A program made the position numbers and the translations under genes. The notes beneath the pieces are model-generated. The model did not search any database. It saw only the letters and a list, made by a program, of their open reading frames with translations, and was not told where the DNA came from. A stretch of DNA of 64,000 nt from Cyanophora paradoxa CCMP329 (Eukaryota; Plantae; Glaucophyta): NCBI GenBank assembly GCA_004431415.1, contig QPMI01000542.1, positions 484,373 through 548,372 of the forward strand, written 5' to 3'. Below, in pieces: positions 12,201-22,200 of the stretch. Positions within the stretch are counted from its first letter, which is position 1, and each line of letters begins with the position of its first letter.

Positions 12201-15032
12201 ACTGGGGGCGGGGCCGGGGCTCGGGGCCCGAGGCTGATTGCAGGTGCCTGGGGGCCTCTCGGCGGGCTGCAGGACGGGAAGCGTGCCGTGTCGGGGAGCA
12301 GCGACAAGACGCTGCGGATGTGGGACCTGGAGAGCGGGGCGGAGCTGCGGCGCCTCGAGGGCCACGAGGGCGCGGTCAACTCAGTGGCGATCTCGCGGGT
12401 GCTTAGAAGGCGGGCCGGAGCTCGGGTTCTAATCAAGAGTCTGATTGCAGGGGCCTCGCGATCGGGGGCCTCTTGGCGGGCCGCAGGACGGGAAGCGCGC
12501 CGTGTCGGGGGGCGACGACAAGACGCTGCGGGTGTGGGACCTGGAGAGCGGGGCGGAGCTGCGGCGCCTCGCGGGCCACGAGGGCGCGGTCAACTCAGTG
12601 GCAATCTCGCCGGTGTGTGGGGCGCAGGCTGGGGTTTGGGTCTGGGTCTGCGGCTGATAAATTGGGCCTCGGGGGCCTCTCGGGGGGCCGCAGGACGGGA
12701 AGCGCGCCGTGTCGGGGAGCTGGGACAAGACGCTGCGGGTGTGGGACCTGGAAAGCGGGGCGGAGCTGCGGCGCCTCGCTGGCCACGAAGGCGAGGTCAC
12801 CTCAGTAGCGATCTCACCAGTGCGCAGGGGGCAGGGGCGGGGCTGGGGGCCCGAGGCTAATTGCAGGGGCCTCGGGGGCCTCTTGGCGGGCTGTAGGATG
12901 GGCAGCGCGCCGTGTCGGGGAGCAAAGACAGGACGCTGCGGATGTGGGACCTGGAGAGCGGGGTGGAGCTGCGGCGCCTCGCGGGCAACGATTGGGCGGT
13001 CTCGTCGGTGGCGATCTCGCCGGTGCGCGGGGGCCGGGCTGGGGCTCGGGGTCTGAGGCTGATTGGGGGTGCCTTGTGGCCCCCTCGGTGGGTCGCAGGA
13101 CGGGAAGCGTGCCGTGTCGGGGAGCGAAGGCCACTATATGCGGGTGTGGGACCTGGAGAGCGGGGCGGAGCTGCATGCGCAGCAACTTCATAACTCTGAC
13201 TACACGGTCCTCTCGGTGGCAATCTCGCCGGTGCGTGGGGGTGGGCCGGGGCTGGGGGCCCGAGGCTGATCGCGGGTGGTTTGGGTGCCTCTCGGCGAGC
13301 TGCAGGACGGGAAGCGCGCCGTGTCGGGGAGCAACGACAAGACGCTGCGGGTGTGGGACCTGGAGAGCGGGGCGGAGCTGCGGCGCCTCGCGGGCAACGA
13401 TTGGGCGGTCTCGTCGGTGGCGATCTCGCCGGTGCGCGGGGGCCGGGCTGGGGCTCGGGGTCTGAGGCTGATTGTGGTTGCCTTGGGCCCCCCTGGGTGG
13501 GTCGCAGGACGGGAAGCGCGTTGTTTCGGGGAGCGGCGACCTGTTTGGCAAAGACAACACGCTGCGGATGTGGGACCTGGAGAGTGGGTTGGAGCTGAGG
13601 TGCTTCGGGGGCAACGAGGGCGCGGTCACTTCGGTGGCAATCGCACCTGTGCGCAGGGGGCGGGGCCGGGGCTTGGGGTCTGAGGCTGATCGCGGGGGCC
13701 TTGGGGGCTTCTCGGCGGGCCGCAGGACGGGAAGCGCACCGTGTCGGCGGGCAAAGACTGCACGCTGCGGGTGTGGGACCTGGAGAGCGGGGTGGAGCTG
13801 CGGCGCCTCGCGGGCCACGAGGGCGCGGTCCGGTCTGTGGCGATCTTGCCGGTGCACAGGCCCTGCGGGGTCGGGGCCGGGGCTCGGGGCCCGAGGCTGA
13901 TCGAAGGGGCCTCTCGGCGGGCCGCAGGACGGAAAGCGCGCCGTTTCGGGGAGTGAAGACCACAAGCTACGGATGTGGGACCTGGAGAGCGGGGCGAAGC
14001 TGCAGTGCTTTGTGGGCCACGATGGTGCGGTCACCGCGGTGGCGATCTCGCCGGTGCACTGAGGGCGGGGCCTGGGCTCGCGATTAGGGTTCGACGCTGA
14101 TCGCGGGGGCCTTGGGGGCCTCTGGGCGGGTTGCAGGATGGAAAGGTGGCCGTGTCGGGGAGCGAAGACAATACGCTGAGGTCATGGGACCTGGAGAGCG
14201 GGGCGGAGCTGCGGCACTTTGTGGGCCACGAGGGTGCGGTCCTCTTGGTGGAGATCTCGCCGGTGCGCCAGGACGGGCCGGGGCACGGGGCCAGAGGCTG
14301 ATTGCGGTTGTCTCGGGGGCTCTCGGCGGGCCGCAGGATGGGAAGCACGCCGTGTCGGGGAGCGACGACATGACGGCGCGGATGTGGGACCTGGAGAGCG
14401 GGGCGGAGCTGCGGCGTGCAATCTTTGCGGGGGAAAAGGACATGGTCGATCGCGACCCAGTGCACGTGGTGGTCTCGCCGGTGCACATGGGGCGGGGCCG
14501 GTGCTCGGGGCCCGAGACTGATCGCGGGTGCCGTGGGGGCCTCTACTCGACCACCCTTCGTGCAGGGCGCGCTGGACGGGCGGGGCCTGATCGCTGTCGG
14601 TTGCCCCGACGGGACCATCGCCGTGTCGACTCTCCCCGTGCGCATATGCCACTTAGGCTCTGCCGGGCTGGCGAGGGCTAGCCGCTGCTATCCCTTTTTT
14701 TCGCCATTGCCTTACCGCCCGACCCCCCGGCCCGCCTCGCAGCGCGTGTTCTGCGCCATGCGCATCGGCACGAAGCGCGCGCAGGAGTTCCGCGGCTGCA
14801 AGGTGCGCGCGCGCCCCTCGGCTTCGATTTCCTATCGCAGGATGCGTATGCCCTCGTGACCGGGCACGGGCGGCAGTACGACGGGGCGACGGTCATGTCG
14901 GGGAAGCTCGCGCTGCTGCTGGAGCAGGAGGGCGGCGTGCGGCTCGAGGACGGCGAGGGCGGGGCCGGCGAGGGGGACGGGGAGGGGCCTGAGCCCGCCG
15001 TGCGCCTGTGGCTTCCAGTGAAGGACGAGTGA
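6205..15032 (+). CDS. NLR-like STAND protein 1: acylation motif - AP-rich repeats - TIR - NACHT-like NTPase - pentapeptide repeats - 17 WD40 exons
   Basis: MGCGAS start; TIR motifs YDIFISHK, IFLDRDDL, SKFVLQEL; Walker A-like GEPGSSKST (8277-8303); Walker B LVLLLDAYDEL; FLHK|TLLEYF; ASANAMTILNR; GADLRGADLTGCNL; GH..WD repeats; TGA 15030-15032. Confidence 0.88.
6260..6620 (+). repeat. Coding ~30-bp tandem repeat (ASAAPAPPQA)n
   Basis: ATCTGCGGCACCTGCGCCCCCGCAG is repeated about 10 times. Confidence 0.9.
11040..14480 (+). repeat. Array of 17 exon+intron cassettes (~200-220 bp), each encoding one WD40 repeat
   Basis: Exon starts (ag|GAYGG) at 11040, 11243, 11452, 11652, 11854, 12071, 12273, 12487, 12694, 12897, 13099, 13306, 13508, 13726, 13928, 14137, 14337; exons typically end ..SP|gt. 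Confidence 0.92.
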
Positions 15033-15405
15033 CCCCGGCGCTGCTCTTTGTTGGTCAGGAGGTCTGTACACGTCGCTTTAATCGTCGCCCGTTTCGTCCG
15101 ATCGTTGTGTCGACATCGTGCGATGATGTCTACAGATAATCTGTTGTTTTGGATTAAGAAGACATATGCATGCTTCTTGAAGCATTCGATTGCAAGGGGT
15201 CCCTAAACCACATGTGCACGTGCACTCTCTATTCCCCTCTGAGGAGCTCGTGAAGCCAGGGCCAGGGGCCGGCCCGGCCCTGCAGCTGTTCCCCTCTGCC
15301 AAGGGATCTAGATCTACTCACGGATCCGGAGCCCCCGCGGACGGCATGAAGTGTTTTCGATCGCGAATTCGTATATACACGCGGAGCTGCGGGGCGGGCC
15401 GGCGG

Positions 15406-18400
15406 CTAGTCGCAATCGCTCGCCGCGTCCTCCGAGTCGGCGACCTTCGCCCGCCGCGCCGCCCCCGCCCTGCGCCCGCCCCTCATGATCAGCCCCCGCC
15501 CCCGGGCTTGGGGGGGAGGCGGGGCCCCGCGCACCGCGCCTGGGCCTTGCCGGCGGCCGCGGGGCCCGCCGCCCCTGCTGCCGCCCGGTTCCGCGGCTTC
15601 AGCACCGGCTCCTCCTCCTCCTCCTCCTCCTCCTCCTCGTCGCTCGCGGGCTTGGCCTTGGCCTTGCCCCGCGCCGTCGCCGCGCGTCGCCGCGGCGCCG
15701 GCGCCTCGTCGAGCTCCATCGCGTCGCCGCTCGCCTCCTCCTCGCCCGACGAGGGCGCCGCCGCCTTCTTCCGCCCGCCCCCGCGCCCCTTGCCCTTCGC
15801 CGCCGCCTTCGGCCCGCGGCCCTTTGCCGGCGTCTTCGAAACCTGCAGGGCGGCATCGCGTCGGGCGCGGCCGCAGGGGACGGGCGGGCGGGCGCGGGGC
15901 GGGGCTGACCTTGCCGCGGGCCTTGGCGCGGCGCCGGCGCCGTCGTCGTCGCTCGCCTCGTTCACGTTGCTCGTCTTGCGGCCCGCGTTCTCCTTGTCTT
16001 CTGCGGCGGCGGCGCGGCTGGGCCGGCTCGGCAGGGGGCGGCGCGCCGGAGCGAGGGGGCCGGGCCGGGGTGCGCACCCTCGGCGTCGCTGCCGGCCCTG
16101 GCCGGCGCCTTCCGCCCCCGGCGGCCCTTCGTCGCGTTCGTCGCCTTCTCGACCGTCTGCGGGCGCCGGCGCCTCAGCTCAAAGCGAAGCGGGCCGGCCG
16201 GGAGTCGAGCCCGGGCCGCGCGGACCTCGCGGTCCTCGACGCCCTGCTGGTGGGCGGCGTTCATCTTCGCCTCAAGCTCCTCCGCCGCCTGCTTCGTCTC
16301 CGCCTTCGTCGACCGCTTCGCCTGCGGGCGAGGCGGGGCCGAGCCGGCCGCGTCGGCCGGGCGTGCGGGGCAGCAGAGGCGGCGGCAATGGCGGACCTTG
16401 GCGATGGTGCCGACGAAGCAGTCGTAGACGTCCGTGTCGCCCAGGGCCGGCGCGTAGAGGGGGAAGAGGTCACCCAGCTTCTTCGCGCTCTTGTCGTTGC
16501 ACGGGAGCTGCGGCCCGCGGCGCGTGAGGAGGGCGGAGGGAGGGCGGGGCGGAGGGCGGGGCAGGGCGGGCCTGGGAGATGCAGAAGGCGATGTTGCGCC
16601 AGACGTGGGGCTCCTGCGTGCCGGGGAAGCGGTGGCAGAGCTTCTCGTGCAGCGACTCGATCTGCCGCTCCAGCGTGACGAAGGGCAGCAGGACCTGCGC
16701 TCGCCGTGGCGCGCTCAGCCGCGGCTCGGTCGGGGGAGGGAGAGGGAGAGGGGGAGGGGGCGCCTTCATGACGGCCTGGAAGGAGGAGGCGGAGACGGCG
16801 GGGTCGACGGAGAGGCGCGAGATGACGTCCGGCAGGATGTTGTAGATCGGGTTGTTCGCTGCGCCCCCGCCCGCCCGCCCGCTCGATGCCCGGCGGGTGA
16901 GGGTGGGCGGGGGGGGGGGCGGCGCACATTTCTTGGAGAGCTCCTGGAAGAAGAGGTGGGCGAGGTCCTTGATGCGCGGCTCGCCGTCCACCAGGCACAG
17001 CGCCATCTCCCCGATGTTCCCCTTGACCTGGAGAAGAAGAAGGAGAAGGTTTGGGTGAGATCGGAGAAGCTTGGACTGGGCGGGGCGGGGCGGGGCGGGG
17101 CGGGGAGGGCGGCGGGGCGCGCGCCTTGACCATGTCGTTGAGGACGAGGTGGGAGAGGACCATGAGCGTGTTCTTGCGCACCGTCGTGTCCTCGTCCCGC
17201 AGCCGCGCGTAAATGTGCTCCGTCCACGGGTCCACCTGAGCTTCAACTTAGCCTTCTTCTTCCCGGACCCGGGCGGGCGGGCGGGCGGGCGGGCGGGCGG
17301 GCGGGCGGGGGACCTGGTTGGGGAAGCGGAAGGCGATGTCGCCGAGGGAGATGACGATGTTGGAGCGGACGCCGGCCTCGGGCGCTGCCTTCAGCACCGA
17401 GAAGAGCAGCTGCAGGTGCGCCTCGCTGCGCCCGGCGCGCTCAGGCGGCGCCGGGCCGGGCGGGGCGGGCAGGAATCGAATGGGCGGGCGGGCGGGGCGC
17501 ACCAGAACTCGGAGCTGACGCACATGAGCTTGCAGAGGGCGAGCACCGCCGACGCCTTCAGCGCCGGGTCCTGCGGTGCGGCCGCGTTAGAAAGGTCCGA
17601 GGGGCGACGGGCGGGGCGGGGCCGGGCGCGCCGAGTAGCGGCGGGGCTGCTCGCAGACGCGGGCGACGAGGGGTCCGAAGGCGCCCAGGAGCGAGTCGCC
17701 CAGAAGCTGCCGCTCCGTCATCTCCCGCAGCGCCTCCTCCTCCGCGTCCGCCGCCGCCGCGCTGATCCCCAGCTCCTCGTCCAAATCGTTGCCCGCCGCG
17801 CTCTTCCGCCCGCTCTTGCGCGGCTTTGCGCCGCCCTTGGCGCCCCCCTCCTCCGCGTCCTCCTCCTCCTCGCCCGCCTTCTTCTTGCCCTTCCTCTTCT
17901 CCTTCTCCTTCGCCGCCGCCGCGTCCTTCTCCTTGGCCGCCTTCAGCGCCGTCGCTGCGAGGCGGGGAGCGTCAGCCTCGGAATGAGATCTCAAGGAGAA
18001 AGAAAGGGGGCGCGCCCTTGTCGGCGGCCTCCTGCTGGGTGAGGAGCTCGATCTGGGCGCGGCGCCGCTTGATGAGCGCGGCGACCTCCTCCATGTAGAC
18101 GACGTGCTTGAGCGCCACGTGCCCCACGACGAAGAAGAGCCTCGCAAGCTGCCCCGGCGTCGCCTCCCCGCGGCCGGGCGCCGCCGCCGCCGCATCCGGC
18201 GCCGGAGCGGGCGCCTCGGCGTCGGCCGCCATCGCGTCGCCGCCCTCGGCGCTGCCGTTGCCGCTGCTGCTGCTGCCGGAGCTCCCGCGGCCCGATGCGG
18301 CGTCCGAGCCGGAGGCGGATGACGAGGAGGAGGAGGAGCCGTCGCCGAAGACGCGGCGGGCGAGGCGGCGGAGGAGCTCCGCGCAGAGCTCCTCGGGCCG

Positions 18401-18683
18401 CAGGCACAGCGCGTACACAGCGTTGATCGCCTGCGGGGCGGGCGGCGCGGCCCGTCAGCTCGCTTGCAAGAGAGCCAGGAGCGGGCGGGCGGGCGGGGCG
18501 GGCGGGCCTGCTCGGCGGCGGGGAACCAGCTGGCGTCGCTGAGGCCCTCGCCCTCGATGATGCGCGCGAGCTTGCGGAAGATGGCGTGCCCGGGCCTCAG
18601 CTTCGCCTCCAGCGCCCGCTTCAGGTCTTCGGGCCGCCCGGTTAGAGCGGGCAGGCGCCGGGGCGGGCCGCGGGGCGCGGGGC
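15406..18683 (-). pseudogene. 5'-truncated duplicate of condensin I subunit CAP-D2 (C-terminal Cnd1 HEAT half)
   Basis: Exons nearly identical to 28722-32000 (VRSNIVISLGDIAFRFPN, VRKNTLMVLSHLVLNDMVK, YNILPDVISRLS); no N-terminal exons upstream. Confidence 0.75.
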
Positions 18684-19260
18684 GTACGCGTACGCGTGGG
18701 GCGCATGCGCACCGGCCGCGGGGCCGGGGGCCGCGGGGCGTGGGCGCACCGGGCGCCGCCGCCGCCGCCGCCGGAACGGGCGCCGGCGCCTCGGCATCGC
18801 TCCCCGCCTCAGCCGCCTCCTCCGGCGCCAGCGCGGGCGCCTCGGCGTCGGCGCCTCGCGATCGGCGTCGGCCGCGGCCGTGCGGCCATCGCACCTACAA
18901 TCCCCCGCAGCTATCGCTGTGATTCGGATCAGCCTGCTGCGATGCCGCGCTGCGCTATTCTCCACCCAGCGACGCCTGTGGGAGAGGCTAGCGGCATATA
19001 GCTAGTCGATAATGCATAACTACGCTCGCCGCTTGTCTTCACGACGCTAGCTTAGGAGTGGTCGCAGCAGGTCGCAGCCTGGCAGCCCAGGTCGCAGCTT
19101 GGTCGCACCGTCGCAGCCAGGTCGCTGAGGTTCCGGGTACAGCAATCTAGAAGCCACATTTTGGGGTGGCCTATCCGGGACGCTCCGGATTGTTGGGAGC
19201 AGAGCAGCTCGCAAGTCTGTTCGGCGGTTCTGACTCCGCCCCTGCTCCAGCTGCAGCGCG

Positions 19261-22200
19261 ATGGGCTGCGGGGCTTCCTCGCCCACGCCTTCGAACGCAT
19301 CGTCGGCTCCAGCTGCTGTAATCGGCACGGGCGCAGCGCCTCGTGTGGCCCCAGCTTCGCCTGAGGTCGAAGTCCGAACTTCCCCTGGCCATGGCGGGCC
19401 TGGCCCCGCTGGCAGTCCTCCCACGACCGTCAAAGCCACGCCGGTAATCCCAGTAGCGGTACCGGAGGCGCGCACGAAAACTCCGTTCAGCGACCATGCA
19501 CATGAAGCCTCGACTGCGACCGTGACCGGACTCGCGTGGGTGTGCGGGGCCGACGAGCTGAGGAAGCTGTCGGCGCTGGAGGACGCCACTTCGGTCGCGC
19601 AGCTCGCGGGCCTCTGCGGGCTCCTCCGCGAGGCGGCGGCGGCGCCCGCCGGGTCCGACGCGCCGCGGCTCGCCCTGGAGCTCCCCGTCGTCCAGAGGCA
19701 GTTCGGGGGCGACGTGAGCAAGGCGCTGGAGGCCGCGAGGGAAGCGTGCCGCGCAGGTCCGCGCCGCCCGGCCCCGGCGGCCTCCCGCCCGCGCGCCCGC
19801 GGCTCAGGCGGGCCGCCCCGCGCGCGCAGCGCTGGAGCTCTTCGCTGAGAAGGCGATCCCGTCGCCGGCGGAGCTCGCCGACGCGTGCGCGGTGGTCCTC
19901 TCGGGCGACGCCGAGCTCTCCCGCAGCGTTGCGCCCGCCCCGCGCCGCCCCGCCCCCGCCCTCCGCCCCGACGCCGCGCCGCAGCTGCTGGACGTGCTGC
20001 TGTCGCTGCGGCGGAGCACGGTGCTGGCGCGGGTGCCGCCGGCGCGCGTCGGGGCGCTGGTGGGCGTGCTCGGGCGGCTGCCGCGGGGCACGCTCACCTC
20101 CACCGACCGCGCCCGCCTCGTCGAGTTCTGCGCCGAGCAGGCCCGCCCGCCCCCGCCCCCGCCCCGGCGCACCCGGGGCCGGCGGCCGCGCCTGACACGG
20201 CGGGGCGCAGCTGAGGGGCGTCGAGGCGGCCTCGCCGGGGGACGTGGACGCGCTGGCGTCGCTGCGGCTCGTGCCGGCCGCCCTCGCCGCCGTCGAGGCC
20301 GCGGCAGCGGCGCCGGCTTCGACTCAGACGGTGCGCCGCCGCCCACCGGCCGCCCCCGCGCGCGCCCGCGTTGCGCCCGCCGAGCGCCGAGCGTCCGGCG
20401 GCAGAGGCGCCGGCGCTGAGCTACGAGGGGGCGGCCAAGGAGCTGGACGCGCTGCTGAGGAGCTTCGAGGGCTGCGGCTGGTGGCGCGCGGAGGCGGCGG
20501 CGAGCTTCGCGCGGCAGGCCCTCGCCGCCGCCAGCTCCGACTACGACCCGCTCCAGAACGCCCTCGGCCGCGCCAAGGCCCTCGGTGCGCGGCGCGGCGC
20601 GGGTCGGGCGGCGGGTGGCGCGGGCGGCTGACCACGGCGGGGGCGGGCAGGGCGGGTGGTTTACAAGCTGTACCGGGCGGGCAAGGTCGTCTTCGACGGC
20701 GTCTCCAGCTTCGGCGTCACGACCGCCATGGAGCTCGTCGCCGCCGCCAAGGTCCCTTCCCCGCGCGCCGGGCGCCGGCGCGCGCCCGACCGGGGCGGGC
20801 AGGAGGCGGCGGGCTCGGTGGACGGGGCGGGCGTGCTGGAGGACGTGCGCGAGTTCTGGGCCGACCTCCGCCAGCTCGTCGGCGCCGACGACCTCCAGGG
20901 CAAGAAGTGCTGGTGCCGCCCCGCCCCGCCCGCCCGCCCCGCCGGGGCGGCCGCACCGCGAAGCCGAGCGGCGGGGGCAGGTACCGGCGGGCGCGGCTGG
21001 TGGCGGCGCTGGCGGAGGGCGGGCACCTGGCGGAGCTCGAGGCGGAGCTGGAGGCCGGCGCCCTCGCCGAGGCCGCCGCCCGCCCCGAGGCCGCCGCCGC
21101 CCTCTGCGCCGCCCTCTTCGCCGTCCGCCCCCCGCCCCGCCCGCCCCGCCGGCCCGCGCGGCTCTGCCGACGGCGCCGCAGGTCGCCGAGGCGGACGGCG
21201 GCGCGGGGCGCTGGCGCGCGGGGCCGTCGAGTGGATGGAGCGGCTCGCGGCGGCGGCGGCGGAGGAGGAGCGCCGCGGGCTGCGGAGGGCGGCGGGCGTC
21301 CTCGGACGGTCGCCGGCGCCCTCGCGAACCTCGCGGCGCTGCGCGGCGGCAGCGAGGCGGGGCGGCGGCGGCGGCGGCGGCCCTGCAGCGGATGCGGGCG
21401 GGCGGCGGCGCGGCGGGGCGGGCGGCGGACGCCAGCGCCGAGAAGTACCTCGGCGTGCCGGCCGCGGTGCGCCGCCCGCGCTGCTAGCGCCGGCCTCGGC
21501 CTGAGCGCCGCGCAGGAGGAGGCGCGCCCCGCGCCGCGCTTCCCGAAGGCGCTGGGCGCGATCGCGGCCCCGCGCGGCTCGTCGGCCCTCGCGCGGGCGG
21601 CCTCGAGCGGCTCGCGCAGGACGGCCCGACCGGCCCCTCCGCGCCGCCGTCGCGAAGGCGCGGCCCGCACCCGGCCCCCCGCGCGAGCTTCCCGCCTCGC
21701 CCCTCACTCGCGGGCCTCGCGCAGTACGCCAAGACGGAGGTGGGGGACAAGGACGCGGCGCAGGCGCTGGCGCTGTACGTGCACCCGAAGGCGACGACGG
21801 ACGCCGCGCGCCGCAACGTCGTCGACCTCGCCGGCCACGTCGCCGCCTTCCTCCGCCGCCACCTGCCCGCCCGGGGCGGAGCAGAGTCTGCGGGCGCTGC
21901 CCCTGCCGCGCTCGCCGCCGCCGGCGCCCGCGTGCTCCTCATCGCAGGCGAGCCCGGCTCCAGCAAGTCGACCTTCCTCGCCTTCCTGCACCGCCGCGCC
22001 TGCGAGCAGTGGGCCGGGGCGGACGGCCGCCCGCCCGCCGGCGACGACCGGCTGCCGGTCACGTGCCTGCTGCGCCTCTCGAACCTCACGCGGGAGCGGG
22101 CGGCGAGCGGGCTGCGGGCGGAGGCGGCCCGCGTCCTCGGCCTGCCTGAAGCCGACCTTTCCACCCTGCGGGACAGGTGCTGCCCACGCGCACGCGCGCC

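Larger units (their letters stand above)
8045..18683. repeat. Segmental duplication copy A (NTPase-to-WD40 part of the NLR plus the 3' half of CAP-D2); copy B is ~21721-32010
   Basis: Collinear near-identical exons, with homology starting at cgcag|TACGC.AAG (8049 vs 21725) and ending inside a CAP-D2 intron (~18683 vs ~32010). Confidence 0.9.

Noticed and set aside
11040-14480. Repeat-spacer periodicity resembling a CRISPR array or DGR template/variable repeats
   Set aside because: The repeats are coding WD40 exons and the spacers are homologous GT-AG introns. No cas or reverse transcriptase gene is present, and variation is not adenine-specific.
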